A DNA stretch of 64,000 nucleotides from a bacterium (GTDB lineage: Bacteria > Bacteroidota > Ignavibacteria > Kapaibacteriales > Kapaibacteriaceae). The position numbers and the translations under genes were made by a program. The stretch covers positions 8,465-72,464 of the forward strand of contig DAITZZ010000006.1 of the NCBI GenBank assembly GCA_036840065.1, written 5' to 3'. The notes beneath the pieces are model-generated. The model worked only from the letters and a program-made list of their open reading frames with translations, ran no database searches and had not been told where the DNA came from. Below, in pieces: positions 1 through 10,236 of this stretch (the stretch's first letter is position 1; each line of letters begins with the position of its first letter).

Positions 1-205
1 CAGCGTAAACATCCTCCGGCGTCATCAGCCGCTCCTGCTGGCGATGATCAAGCGCATATGGCGTATCACACCAGACACATCGTAGGCGGCATCCCTGCAG
101 GCGAATGAACAGGCACGGCATGCCGGCTCGGGTGCCCTCGCCCTGCACCGAAGTGAATATCTCGTTAACGTTGAGGTGGTCGCTATTGAGGGGGCTCGAT
201 GACAT
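1..205 (-). CDS. queE: 7-carboxy-7-deazaguanine synthase QueE, N-terminal part (continues beyond the left edge)
   Basis: Not in the ORF track because there is no stop in the window. My translation from the ATG at 205 is MSSSPLNSDHLNVNEIFTSVQGEGTRAGMPCLFIRLQGCRLRCVWCDTPYAL. It shows the QueE signature EIFxSxQGEG and a radical-SAM CxxxCxxC (CRLRCVWC). Confidence 0.75.
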   Translation of the reverse strand, partial: MSSSPLNSDHLNVNEIFTSVQGEGTRAGMPCLFIRLQGCRLRCVWCDTPYALDHRQQERLMTPEDVYA

Positions 206-215
206 AAGCGCAAAA

Positions 216-2486
216 CTACGCCACGGTGATCAAGCCGCCCTCGTCGAACATCTTCAGCACTTCAGTGCGCAGCGCCTGGTGCTGCGCAGAGCGCAGGTGC
301 GGATCGGCTGTGAGAATGGCGTGAGCGTCGGCTCGTGCCTGGGCAATGATCTCTGCATCCCCTACCAGATCGGCAAAGCGAAACTCCGGGATGCCCGACT
401 GGCGCGTACCCATCACGTCGCCCGGACCGCGAAGACGAAGGTCGACCTCGGCCACTTTAAAGCCGTCCGTTGTCTGCTCCATGGTCCGCAGGCGCACCAC
501 GGCTGCCATCATCTCATCCGCAGCCGACGTGCGGGTGACCTGATAGCGGAAGTGATCCTTCGTTGCAAGGAAACAATATGACTGGTCGGCTCCGCGCCCT
601 ACCCGCCCCCTGAGCTGATGCAACTGGGACAGCCCGAACCGCTCGGCGTTCTCAATCAGCATGACGGTGGCGTTGGGAACATCAATGCCGACTTCGATCA
701 CCGTGGTCGACACGAGTACGTCGTATTCTCGACGAAGAAACGCACGCATGATCTCTTCCTTCTCATCCCAGATCATCTGTCCATGCAGCAGCCCAACGCG
801 CAGGTCTGGAAACACCTCGTTATGCAGCCATTCAAAATGCTCTACCGCACTCTTTGCCTGCACTTTTTCGCTCTTCTCAACCAGCGGATACACGATATAG
901 GCCTGACGTCCGCGGCCGACCTCAGCGCGGATGAACCTGAACGTTTCGGCCAGCGATGATTCGAATACCAGTCGCGTAACGATCGGCTTGCGATTGGCCG
1001 GCAGCTGATCGATCACCGAAACATCAAGATCGCCATACAACGTCATGGCCAGCGTGCGCGGGATCGGTGTGGCTGACATGACGAGTATATGCGGGGTACG
1101 GGGCTGACCACCATGGGACATCTGCCCCATGCGCCGGAGCTCCTTGCGCTGGGCAACCCCGAAACGATGCTGCTCGTCGATGACGATCAGACCAAGCTTG
1201 TGGTAGTTCACATCAGCCTCGAACAGGGCATGCGTTCCGACGACGATCTGCGCCTGCCCGCTGCTGATCATCTCGTGGGCATGGCGCCGCGCCACACTGC
1301 GCTGCGCACCGACAAGCTGCGCTACCTTTATGCCGTCGACGTTGCTCAGAAGCTTGGTCAGACTGTGATAGTGCTGCTCAACAAGGATCTCTGTGGGTGC
1401 CAGCAGAACCGTCTGGTAGCCGTTGTCGATAGCGCTGAGCATGCACAGCAGCGCAACAATGGTCTTGCCCGAGCCGACGTCACCCTGAAGCAGCCGATTC
1501 ATCGGCGTTCCCGATGTCATGTCGCCCACGATCTCGCGGATGACCCGCTTTTGGGCAGCCGTGAGCTCATACGGAAGCGCGTCGATGACGGCGCGAGCTC
1601 GTGGACTCTGGGCCTGCATTGGCAGGCCTCTCTCGGGTCGCTTACGTGAGGCGCGCCGCGCTGCTAGATGGGTTTCGAAGACCAGAAGCTCTTCGTACTT
1701 CATGCTGCTCTTTGCCAGCTCGATCTGATCGAGTGAATCCGGCATATGCAGCTGCCGCAATGCATCGTGTTGCGGCATGAGCCGGCGCGCACGGCGCAGA
1801 TCACCCGGAACCGGATCATCGATCAGCCCCAAGCCCCTTTCCAATGCATGCTCGGCAACGGCACGAAGGTGTCGCATGGTCAGTCCGGCGGACTTCAACC
1901 CCTGCGTCATGCGATAGCGTGGAAGGATGCTTCCGGCTCGGTACTGCTCGATCTCTTCCGGATGCACTTCTTCGATCTCGGGATGGTGCATGCTTAGCGT
2001 GCCCCACTTCGGATCGTACTGCGGCACGCCGTGCACCACATATGTTGATCCTGCTTTGAGAACCTTTCCGTAGTAGGTCAGGCCACTCCAGAAGATCAGC
2101 TGCAGCGTGGCCGAGGAATCGTCTCCAAGAACTGCCACGAGCATGTTGCGCCCCTTGCCAACGGTGCGCTGCTCGAGTCGCGTGACCGTGCCGACGAGCG
2201 TGACCTGCGCCGTGACCTTGACGGCGTGTGAAACATCCCCTGACCAGAGGTCAGGCGCGCGGTAGCGCTCGCGAAGCTGCGCGATGTTCTCGGCAGCCGT
2301 GCGGTCGACATAGGCTCTCGGGACGTTGTAAATGGCGTCGGCGTAGCTGACGATCCCTTCCTTGGCAAGCGCCTCGGCACGACGGGGCCCAACGCCTTTG
2401 ACGTACTGCAGTGGAAGGATGAGCGGCGATGTCGACTCAGCGGTCACGAAGAGATACCTGCGCAGTTTACCGGGCGATCCCGTCAA
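216..2486 (-). CDS. recG: ATP-dependent DNA helicase RecG
   Basis: 756 aa with an N-terminal wedge/OB region, Walker A GDVGSGKT, DEQHRFG and helicase C motifs (QLHQLRGRVGRG). Confidence 0.9.
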   Translation of the reverse strand: MTGSPGKLRRYLFVTAESTSPLILPLQYVKGVGPRRAEALAKEGIVSYADAIYNVPRAYVDRTAAENIAQLRERYRAPDLWSGDVSHAVKVTAQVTLVGTVTRLEQRTVGKGRNMLVAVLGDDSSATLQLIFWSGLTYYGKVLKAGSTYVVHGVPQYDPKWGTLSMHHPEIEEVHPEEIEQYRAGSILPRYRMTQGLKSAGLTMRHLRAVAEHALERGLGLIDDPVPGDLRRARRLMPQHDALRQLHMPDSLDQIELAKSSMKYEELLVFETHLAARRASRKRPERGLPMQAQSPRARAVIDALPYELTAAQKRVIREIVGDMTSGTPMNRLLQGDVGSGKTIVALLCMLSAIDNGYQTVLLAPTEILVEQHYHSLTKLLSNVDGIKVAQLVGAQRSVARRHAHEMISSGQAQIVVGTHALFEADVNYHKLGLIVIDEQHRFGVAQRKELRRMGQMSHGGQPRTPHILVMSATPIPRTLAMTLYGDLDVSVIDQLPANRKPIVTRLVFESSLAETFRFIRAEVGRGRQAYIVYPLVEKSEKVQAKSAVEHFEWLHNEVFPDLRVGLLHGQMIWDEKEEIMRAFLRREYDVLVSTTVIEVGIDVPNATVMLIENAERFGLSQLHQLRGRVGRGADQSYCFLATKDHFRYQVTRTSAADEMMAAVVRLRTMEQTTDGFKVAEVDLRLRGPGDVMGTRQSGIPEFRFADLVGDAEIIAQARADAHAILTADPHLRSAQHQALRTEVLKMFDEGGLITVA

Positions 2487-3531
2487 CGATCGTCATCCAC
2501 CCGTGCACATCCTCCACGCGTCCAAAACGAATGTCATTAAGCCTGCTTTTGAGGGCAAACATCCGGCAGTCATCATCAACCCGCAGCTGATAGTCCGTTC
2601 CATCAACAGAGATTGTGGCGATAGGAGCAACAGAAGCTGCCGTGCCCACGCCGAAGGCCTCGGTCACCCGTCCGCTCGGGATCCCCTCGGTGAGTTCTTC
2701 CACGGAGATCGGTCGTTCGATGACGTCGTAGCCGAGATCGCGGGCGATCTGAATCACGCTCTCACGTGTAACACCCTTGAGAATGGTGTCGCCCGTCGGA
2801 GGCGTCACCAGCGCGCCATCAATGAAGAACATCAGATTCATTGTTCCCGACTCTTCTACGTGGTCGTGCTGCTTGGCATCGGTCCAGATCACCTGATCGA
2901 ATCCGGCATCCTGCGCAAGCTTGGTCGGATACATGGCTGCCGCATAGTTACCGGCGCATTTTGCATACCCTGTGCCCCCGGGCGCTGCACGTGTGAACTC
3001 CCGCTCGACCTTGACGCGAAGGGGGCGAGTATAGACAGGCTTGAACGGTCCGCCGACGACCATAAAGGAGAACTCATCGGCCGCTTTCAGACCCATGCGC
3101 TCCTCGGTGGCGATCACAAAAGGTCGGATGTAGTAGGACGCATCAGGTCCCGGCGGCACCCACTGGCGATCGACATCCACCAGCGTGTGGATCGCTTCGG
3201 CGAAGAGCTCGGCCGGCACCGGCGGCATGAGCATCCGCTCCAGAGAGATCGTAAATCTCTCCTGGTGCCGCGGCGTGCGGAACACACCGATGCGACCATC
3301 CTGCATTCGATAGGCCTTCATACCCTCAAAGACGATCTGCGCATAGTGCAGACCCAAGGCAAGAGGTGAAAACGGCACCGGTCGGTAGGCCTGGATGCGG
3401 GCTTTACGCCACTCTCCATGCGAGTACTCGGCGATGAACATGTGATCACTGGGAACATTGATAAGCTTCAGCGATGCAACGGCATCTGCTTCGAGTCGCG
3501 GCATCGCCGCGCGGTCAATTGGTAGTGGCAT
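2467..3531 (-). CDS. ilvE: branched-chain amino acid aminotransferase
   Basis: 354 aa class IV aminotransferase pattern (HYAQIVFEGMKAY, GTGYAKCAGNYAA, ILKGVTR). Its 3' end overlaps the recG start by 20 nt. Confidence 0.85.
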   Translation of the reverse strand: MPLPIDRAAMPRLEADAVASLKLINVPSDHMFIAEYSHGEWRKARIQAYRPVPFSPLALGLHYAQIVFEGMKAYRMQDGRIGVFRTPRHQERFTISLERMLMPPVPAELFAEAIHTLVDVDRQWVPPGPDASYYIRPFVIATEERMGLKAADEFSFMVVGGPFKPVYTRPLRVKVEREFTRAAPGGTGYAKCAGNYAAAMYPTKLAQDAGFDQVIWTDAKQHDHVEESGTMNLMFFIDGALVTPPTGDTILKGVTRESVIQIARDLGYDVIERPISVEELTEGIPSGRVTEAFGVGTAASVAPIATISVDGTDYQLRVDDDCRMFALKSRLNDIRFGRVEDVHGWMTIVDGIAR

Positions 3532-3555
3532 GTGCGAATCTAGGGATTAGGAATC

Positions 3556-4482
3556 GTGAAACTTGATCGGCTGTCGATATCTTCGAGCATCATGACGCGG
3601 AAACGTGACATATCAGTTATCGAAACCGTCGACGAGATGCAGTCGGTAGTTCGGAGTGCACGTGCCGATGGAATCAGTGTTGGATGCGTTCCCACGATGG
3701 GCTATCTGCACGACGGGCATGCATCGCTGATCCGTCACGCGTCCGAACGGCATCCGATCGTGGTTGTCTCGATCTTCGTCAACCCCACGCAGTTCGGGCC
3801 GAATGAGGACTTCGCGCGCTACCCGCGAGACCTTGCCCGCGACCTTGAGATCGTCCGCCAGGCCGGAGGAACGCACGTCTTCACCCCTACGGTCGATCAG
3901 ATCTACCCCGAGGGTCCGCGCTCGAGCATCCACATCTCCGGGGTGACCGAAGTTCTTGAGGGGGCTTGTCGGCCTACGCATTTCGATGGTGTGGCAACGG
4001 TGGTCTCGCGCCTCTTTGAGGCGATGCTACCCGACGTGGCGTACTTCGGTCAGAAGGACCTGCAACAGACGCTGGTGATCCGGGAGCTTGTTCGCACTTC
4101 GCCCCTTGAGAGCGTTCAGCGCGTGCGCGTCGAAGTGCTGCCGACAATGCGGGAATCCGATGGGCTTGCGCGGAGCTCACGCAACGTGTACCTATCGGCA
4201 GAGGACCGCCGTGAGGCGCCCGTGATCTTTGCGGCGCTCACCCGCGGAGCGGAGCTGCTCGAAGGGGGCATGCATGATCTCGACGCGGTGGAGCAGGCCA
4301 TGCGTGAGGTGCTGAACAGCGTGCCGCGACTTGAGATCGATTACGCGGTTGCCGTCGAGGCTTCGACTCTTCGGCGCCCTGCAGCGCAAGGGGTTCTCGA
4401 TGAGGTCGCTTTGCTGATCGCCGCCAGACTCGGCACCACGCGCCTGATCGACAACATACTCGTCAGGACGGGTCGGCCGTAA
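3556..4482 (+). CDS. panC: pantoate--beta-alanine ligase
   Basis: VPTMGYLHDGHASL and FVNPTQFGPNEDF motifs. The start is either GTG 3556 (AGGA 4 nt upstream) or ATG 3592. Confidence 0.9.
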   Translation: MKLDRLSISSSIMTRKRDISVIETVDEMQSVVRSARADGISVGCVPTMGYLHDGHASLIRHASERHPIVVVSIFVNPTQFGPNEDFARYPRDLARDLEIVRQAGGTHVFTPTVDQIYPEGPRSSIHISGVTEVLEGACRPTHFDGVATVVSRLFEAMLPDVAYFGQKDLQQTLVIRELVRTSPLESVQRVRVEVLPTMRESDGLARSSRNVYLSAEDRREAPVIFAALTRGAELLEGGMHDLDAVEQAMREVLNSVPRLEIDYAVAVEASTLRRPAAQGVLDEVALLIAARLGTTRLIDNILVRTGRP

Positions 4483-4927
4483 GGTCGATCCTGTAGAGCA
4501 TCCACTCCTTCATCGGTGCTGCTCCTCGACGCTCATAGAAGTCGCGGGCGAGCCTATTCCAATCCAGAACCTGCCAGTCTACACGGCCACATCCACGACG
4601 GCGCGCTTGCTCGACAACGGCATCGAAGAGCATCGAACCGGCACCAAGACCTCTGGCATCTTCCCTGACGAAGATGTCCTCAAGGTACATCGTCGGCAGA
4701 GCAAGAAACGACGAGTAGGTCTCAAGTGTGATGGCATATCCAAGTGCTTGATCGTTGTCATCAACGGCCAGCATTGCCTGAATGCGCGGCGCGGCGCCGC
4801 AGATGTCCTCAAGAAGCCTCGACTGCGCCTCAGGCGCCGGCGGATCGAGGTGCTCGTACTCGGCCAGCATCATGACGAGCGCAATGAAGTCGTCGAACCG
4901 CTCACGAGTGACGGGAATGATCTTCAT
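4463..4927 (-). CDS. GNAT family N-acetyltransferase
   Basis: 154 aa with an acetyl-CoA binding block (RGLGAGSMLFDAVVEQARRRG). Its 3' end overlaps the panC 3' end by 20 nt (convergent). Confidence 0.8.
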   Translation of the reverse strand: MKIIPVTRERFDDFIALVMMLAEYEHLDPPAPEAQSRLLEDICGAAPRIQAMLAVDDNDQALGYAITLETYSSFLALPTMYLEDIFVREDARGLGAGSMLFDAVVEQARRRGCGRVDWQVLDWNRLARDFYERRGAAPMKEWMLYRIDLTADPS

Positions 4928-4935
4928 CGCCGAGG

Positions 4936-6942
4936 TCAGAGTGCCTGCGAGAGGAAGGCCACAAAGGTGGCCGGATCAGACCGGAACTGCGTCTGGTATC
5001 CGGATTGTGCGATGGGGCTCCCGTCAGGCCGCAGGATCACGTAGAGCGGATTGGCCACGGTGCCGTAGGTCTTGAGAATATTCTGATTGGTGATGTACGG
5101 CTCGGACTTGCGATCCGTGTACAGCTGGACAAGAACAAACTTCTTGAACTGCTCGACCACTTCGGGCTTGGGGAACACTTCCTTTTCCATCAATCGGCAG
5201 TTGACGCAGGCAAACCCCGTGAAGTCGATGAAGATGGGCTTACCCTCCTGACGTGCGATCTTCTTGGCCTTCTCGAGATCATTCAACCATGTCAGCCCGC
5301 CGTGATCAGCTTCCTTGGTGGCAGGGGTGGACGCCGTTGTCCCCGCCACGGAGGCCGACGAGCCGTTCATTTGGTCAAGCAGCTGGTGATAATTCTCCGG
5401 CGGCAGCAGCGCTTCGAGGTCGGCGGCAAGGGGCTTACCCAGCATGCCACCTGTGAACCACAGCGTGAGCGTGGCAAAGATCACGGCGAAAAATGCTCGA
5501 AGCCCACCGACGCGTTCGACCGGAGTGTCAAGGGTCATCCTGAAGGTACCCAGAAGATAGAGCACGATCAGAAGGCAGACGCCTGCCCAGACGGCAAGGA
5601 ACACTTCACGTGGAAGAAGCCCCAGTCCGAAGATGAACTCTGCCGTCGAGAAGAACTTGACGGCGGCGGCGATCTCCAGAAAGCCCATCACCACTTTGAG
5701 GTTGTTCATCCAGCCCCCTGCCCGAGGCAGACGAACCAGAAGCGACGGGAACATCGACAGCAGCACGAAGGGAATCGCAAAGGCTGTGGCAAAGCCAAAC
5801 GTGCCGACAGCGGGATAGAGATAGTCGCCCCCGGAAGCACTCAGCAGAAGCGTACCCACAAACGGCACCGTGCAGGTGAACGACGTCAGCGAAAAGGTCA
5901 GCCCCATCAGAAGGACCGACACGGTGCCGTCTCCCTGCGACTTCTTGTTAAGAGCATTCATGATCGATACCGGCACCTGGATCTCAAAGGATCCGAAGAG
6001 GTTGAAGGCCAGCACCATGAAGAGCAGACCGATGCCGAGATTCATCCAGGGATTGGCCGCAAGGTCCTGTACGGCCGTGCCACCGAAGATGACCGAGGCA
6101 AGAATGCCGACGGCGGTGAACGTCGAAATGATTCCCAGACCGAACAGCGCACTGTCGCGCAGGCCCGAGCCGCGATGTTTCTCATGACGCTTGGTAAAGA
6201 ACGACACCGTGATCGGGATCATCGGGAACACACATGGTGTGAGCAATGCAAGAAACCCGACGCCCATGGCGTAGAGAAAGAAGCTCACCAGACCTTTACG
6301 TTTTTCCTTGGCGATCTCGCTTTGACTGTCTTCAACGATCGGAGCGTTCGCCGCTGGTGTTGCGGGTTTCACAGTGGAGACCTCTGCCAGATCCTCGAAT
6401 GTCGCATCGGCTGATGTCGCAGTCTGCGTGACAACAAGCGTTACCGGCAGCGGCATATCCTCCGAGGGCAGACATGCCGAGGTGTCGCACAACTGCATTG
6501 TCACGATGACCTTTGCCTTGTGCTGCCCCACCGGTAGTGATGCTGAGGCACGCACGGGTACGGCGACTTCAAAAGAACCGGCGACCTCCTCGACGGTGGT
6601 CTCCCATGTCTTGTCGAACGCCGAGTGAGCCCCCTTGACGATGCGTGGCTTGCCTGCCAGTTTGACAACCCCAGCCGGGGCAACGCTGATCACGGTCGCA
6701 TCCGGGCCGAGTCCGTCCGGTCCCACGGCCGGCGTCAGCCCGTAACTGTGCCAGTGCTTGGCAATACGGCCCTTGACGATGATGGTTGCCGTATCACCGG
6801 CTTTGAGCGAGCAGGCCGCTACGGAGGAAAACGTGACCTTGTTGCGTGCCGAAGGCATCTGTGCAATCGCACCTGCGGTCAGGCCGCACAGGTGCAGAAC
6901 AAGGAACAAAAGACCGGACGTCAGAAGGCGGGTAATGTTCAT
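4936..6942 (-). CDS. DsbD-like thiol:disulfide interchange protein (N-terminal domain, CcdA-type membrane core, thioredoxin domain)
   Basis: Signal peptide, N-domain CDTSAC, membrane-core cysteines (TPCVFPMIP, FTCTVPF) and a C-terminal thioredoxin fold with CVNC. Confidence 0.8.
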   Translation of the reverse strand: MNITRLLTSGLLFLVLHLCGLTAGAIAQMPSARNKVTFSSVAACSLKAGDTATIIVKGRIAKHWHSYGLTPAVGPDGLGPDATVISVAPAGVVKLAGKPRIVKGAHSAFDKTWETTVEEVAGSFEVAVPVRASASLPVGQHKAKVIVTMQLCDTSACLPSEDMPLPVTLVVTQTATSADATFEDLAEVSTVKPATPAANAPIVEDSQSEIAKEKRKGLVSFFLYAMGVGFLALLTPCVFPMIPITVSFFTKRHEKHRGSGLRDSALFGLGIISTFTAVGILASVIFGGTAVQDLAANPWMNLGIGLLFMVLAFNLFGSFEIQVPVSIMNALNKKSQGDGTVSVLLMGLTFSLTSFTCTVPFVGTLLLSASGGDYLYPAVGTFGFATAFAIPFVLLSMFPSLLVRLPRAGGWMNNLKVVMGFLEIAAAVKFFSTAEFIFGLGLLPREVFLAVWAGVCLLIVLYLLGTFRMTLDTPVERVGGLRAFFAVIFATLTLWFTGGMLGKPLAADLEALLPPENYHQLLDQMNGSSASVAGTTASTPATKEADHGGLTWLNDLEKAKKIARQEGKPIFIDFTGFACVNCRLMEKEVFPKPEVVEQFKKFVLVQLYTDRKSEPYITNQNILKTYGTVANPLYVILRPDGSPIAQSGYQTQFRSDPATFVAFLSQAL

Positions 6943-7058
6943 TCAAGGGGCGATGAAATGCATGCAGGGGCGCACGTTCGGCGCGTCGACGGCCAAAACT
7001 ACGCAACGGCGTCGACTTCGTATTTTAACGCTCTTTTCACTAAGCGCTCTGCGAGGAT

Positions 7059-8492
7059 ATGGCTTCCACAACATCGATCGATGCGATCCTGTCGCTTTCC
7101 AAGCGGAAGGGGTTTGTTTACCAGTCGTCGGAGATCTACGGCGGTCTGAACGGATGCTGGGACTTCGGTCCGCTGGGCGTGGAACTGCTGCGCAACATCA
7201 AAGACTCGTGGTGGAAGGCCATGACCTTCCGTCCGGATATCGTGGGTATCGACTCGTCGATCCTCATGCACCCGCGCGTGTGGGAGGCCTCGGGACACAT
7301 CCAGCAGTTCTCCGATCCGATGATCGACAACAAGACGTCGAAGTCGCGTCACCGGGCCGACAATCTGATCGAGGAATACATCACCCGTCTTCGGAACAAG
7401 GGAAAGACTGAGCAGGCCGACGCTATTGAGCAGGCGCTGAACTCTGCAAACTCGAATGATGATCTCCATCAGATCATCATCTCCAACGCCATTCCTGATC
7501 CGATCTCCGGAACCACGGACTGGACCGAGGTGCGCAACTTCAATCTGATGTTCGAGACGCACGTCGGCCCGGTTGCCGATGCGGCCAATGTGGTGTACCT
7601 GCGGCCGGAGACCGCGCAGGGGATCTTCGTGAACTTCAAGAACGTGATGGAGTCTGCCCGCATGAAGCCGCCGTTCGGCATCGCGCAGATCGGCAAGAGT
7701 TTCCGCAACGAGATCAACACGAAGAACTTTCTTTTCCGCACGCGTGAGTTCGAGCAGATGGAGATGCAGTTCTTCGTCAAGCCCGGCACAGAGGTTGAAT
7801 GGTTCGAATACTGGCGCAATGCGCGCTGGAACTGGTTTGTGCAAACGCTCGGCATCGACCCGGAGCGCCTGCACCGCAAGCCCCATGAGAAGCTTGCGCA
7901 CTATGCGGCGGCGGCCGAAGACATCGAGTATCTCTTCCCCTTCGGATGGGGCGAGGTTGAAGGCATCCATTCGCGCACGGACTTTGACCTTGGGCGGCAC
8001 CAGGAGTTCTCGGGCAAGAAGCTTGAATACGTCGATGCATCAACCAAGGACCGTTTCGTTCCCTACGTGATCGAGACAGCGGTTGGAGCAACACGAACCT
8101 TTATGGCCGTTCTTTGCGATGCTTACACCGAGGAGGAGATCCCCAATGGTGACGGCGGTTCGGAAACGCGTGTTGTACTGCGTCTGAAGCCCTCGCTGGC
8201 GCCGGTCACGGTGGCCGTGCTGCCACTGGTGAACAAGGACGGTATGCCGGAGGCGGCGGAATCGATCATGGCCGACCTGCAACGCCAGTTTCGGGTTGAC
8301 TACGACACGTCTGGCGCTATCGGCCGACGCTACCGACGTCAGGACGAAGTTGGCACGCCGTTCTGCGTCACCGTCGACGGGCAGACGGTCGCCGATGCGA
8401 CGGTCACTCTTCGCGAGCGCGACTCGATGCAGCAGGTACGCCTGCCGGCCTCGGGTCTGGCTCAGGCCATCGCCGAGCGCCTCGCAAAATGA
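7059..8492 (+). CDS. glyQS: glycine--tRNA ligase (dimeric class II type)
   Basis: 477 aa. The N-terminus KRKGFVYQSSEIYGGLNGCWDFGPLG and FRNEI/FRTREFEQME class II motifs are present. Confidence 0.92.
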   Translation: MASTTSIDAILSLSKRKGFVYQSSEIYGGLNGCWDFGPLGVELLRNIKDSWWKAMTFRPDIVGIDSSILMHPRVWEASGHIQQFSDPMIDNKTSKSRHRADNLIEEYITRLRNKGKTEQADAIEQALNSANSNDDLHQIIISNAIPDPISGTTDWTEVRNFNLMFETHVGPVADAANVVYLRPETAQGIFVNFKNVMESARMKPPFGIAQIGKSFRNEINTKNFLFRTREFEQMEMQFFVKPGTEVEWFEYWRNARWNWFVQTLGIDPERLHRKPHEKLAHYAAAAEDIEYLFPFGWGEVEGIHSRTDFDLGRHQEFSGKKLEYVDASTKDRFVPYVIETAVGATRTFMAVLCDAYTEEEIPNGDGGSETRVVLRLKPSLAPVTVAVLPLVNKDGMPEAAESIMADLQRQFRVDYDTSGAIGRRYRRQDEVGTPFCVTVDGQTVADATVTLRERDSMQQVRLPASGLAQAIAERLAK

Positions 8493-10123
8493 TCCGACCG
8501 CTAACCATCAGCGTTCTGCTCGGCTGCGCAGCGGCGAGTGCCATGGCGCGAGTCGACGATGATTCGACGTATCTACGCCTGGCAAAGGCGATCGAGACCT
8601 TCAACGCGGTCTTTCGTGAGGTCAACACGCGGTATGTCGATAATGTCAATCCAACAGAACTCGTGGACGTTGGCGTCAGCGCCATGCTCGGCTACCTCGA
8701 TCCCTACAGCGAGTATTACATTGATGACGAGACCGACGAGATCGAAACCGTCACTACAGGATCGTACGTCGGGTTCGGTATCACGGTATCAAATCCCGAT
8801 AGCGTTCTCACGATCACTGACCTTCGTGAGTCGGGTCCAGCCCGCAAGGCCGGCATCCGCATCGGCGACCATCTGCTGGCTATCGACAGCGTGCGAACCG
8901 ACACGATGCAGTCGGAGAGTCTTCGTCCGTACACCCGCGGCAGGCCCGGATCGCAGGCGCAGCTGAAGATCCTTCGCGAAGGCCGTCCGGACACCCTGAC
9001 GTTCACGCTGGCACGCCTGGAGCTCGACCTGGAATCGATCGGATACAGCGACGTGCTGACATCGGGCATCGGATACATCAGTTTGGAGAGGTTCACCAGG
9101 AAGACCGGCGCTGAGCTGCGTCAGTGTATCGCATCGCTGCGTTCACGGTCGAGCATGACCGGGCTTGTTCTCGACCTGCGCGGCAATCCCGGCGGACTTC
9201 TCGAGGCGGCCATCGACGTCGTGGAAACGTTCGTGCCGACAGGCAGCCCCATCGTCTCCACCAAGGGCAGATTCGATGAGTCTTCCGTGGAGTATCGATC
9301 GGACGCCGTCCCCATCGAACCAACCATCCCGCTCGTGGTGCTGATCAATGAGTTTTCCGCCAGTGCCAGTGAGATCGTTGCCGGAGCGTTGCAGGATCTC
9401 GACCGAGCGGTGATCGTCGGCATCCGTTCGTTCGGAAAGGGATTGGTTCAGTCGATCGTACCGCTGTCAGATAATGCTATCCTGAAACTCACCACCGCGC
9501 GCTATTACACGCCTTCCGGACGATGCATTCAGCGCAAGAACTATCGAACGTCAACGGACGAGATCGACACGACAACGTATCGCACATTTGCCGGCCGTCG
9601 TGTCTCCGGCACGCATGGCATTGATCCGGACCTTGTGGTCAGCGACTCGATCTTCTCGCCCCTTGTCAACGATCTGATGTCGTCGAATCTCATCCAGAGA
9701 TTTGCCACACGCACCGCTGCCGGCATGAGCGACCTCCCTGCAGGGTTCGTGGCCGATGCGCGCATGTTCGATAGCTTCCTGCGCTTCGTCGATCAACAGC
9801 CGGCGCGCAAGCGCAGCAAGCTCCTCGGCGGACTGGCCGATGCCGAGACACTGGCCCAGAAGTACCGGCTGCCAAAATCGTCCATCGTGGCTCTGGAGGG
9901 GGCTCGCCGTTCGGTCGAGCGCGACCAGATCCAGTCGATCCGACGTCAACAGAACGACATCCTGCGGCTGATCGATATGGAGATCCGCACGCGCTTTGGA
10001 ACGTCCCGAGATCGCGATCGGTTTTTCGTACCGTTGACGCCATCGGTCGGACGCGCCATCGAGATCCTCCGCACCGACACCTATCGTCAATTGCTGTCGT
10101 CGGAATTGCCCGCAGATCACTAA
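8489..10123 (+). CDS. S41 family C-terminal processing peptidase with PDZ domain
   Basis: Signal peptide, PDZ (AGIRIGDHLLAIDS), LDLRGNPGG, catalytic-Ser block SASASEIVAGALQD and Lys block RSFGKG. ATGA overlap with the glyQS stop. Confidence 0.85.
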   Translation: MIRPLTISVLLGCAAASAMARVDDDSTYLRLAKAIETFNAVFREVNTRYVDNVNPTELVDVGVSAMLGYLDPYSEYYIDDETDEIETVTTGSYVGFGITVSNPDSVLTITDLRESGPARKAGIRIGDHLLAIDSVRTDTMQSESLRPYTRGRPGSQAQLKILREGRPDTLTFTLARLELDLESIGYSDVLTSGIGYISLERFTRKTGAELRQCIASLRSRSSMTGLVLDLRGNPGGLLEAAIDVVETFVPTGSPIVSTKGRFDESSVEYRSDAVPIEPTIPLVVLINEFSASASEIVAGALQDLDRAVIVGIRSFGKGLVQSIVPLSDNAILKLTTARYYTPSGRCIQRKNYRTSTDEIDTTTYRTFAGRRVSGTHGIDPDLVVSDSIFSPLVNDLMSSNLIQRFATRTAAGMSDLPAGFVADARMFDSFLRFVDQQPARKRSKLLGGLADAETLAQKYRLPKSSIVALEGARRSVERDQIQSIRRQQNDILRLIDMEIRTRFGTSRDRDRFFVPLTPSVGRAIEILRTDTYRQLLSSELPADH

Positions 10124-10236
10124 ATTTGCAGCCCCTTGCCCGGATGCACGAAGGTCGCAGCTGCTACGTCCTGACTCGCGCCGATGCATACGGCCTGCCA
10201 TTTGTCGTTCAAACCTTCAGCCGCTGAGAGCCCCTC

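Noticed and set aside
25-581. 62-aa (-) and 158-aa (+) ORFs at the left edge
   Set aside because: The minus-strand frame starting at ATG 205 encodes a clear QueE N-terminus. The listed 62-aa ORF is a different frame, and the 158-aa ORF is antisense to queE and recG.
2362-3369. 335-aa ORF on the + strand
   Set aside because: It is antisense to ilvE and the recG start. It has no motifs and an Arg-rich composition.
4463-4927. GNAT acetyltransferase as a possible toxin of a GNAT/RHH toxin-antitoxin pair
   Set aside because: There is no small antitoxin ORF upstream or overlapping. The neighbour is the DsbD-like gene. The sequence looks like an ordinary small-molecule N-acetyltransferase.
5005-6414. 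469-aa ORF on the + strand
   Set aside because: It is entirely antisense to the well-supported DsbD-like gene. It has an Arg/Gly/His-rich low-complexity composition typical of shadow ORFs in GC-rich DNA, and no motif is recognisable.
6999-8000. 333-aa ORF on the - strand
   Set aside because: It is antisense to glyQS, which has unambiguous class II synthetase motifs. It is a shadow ORF.
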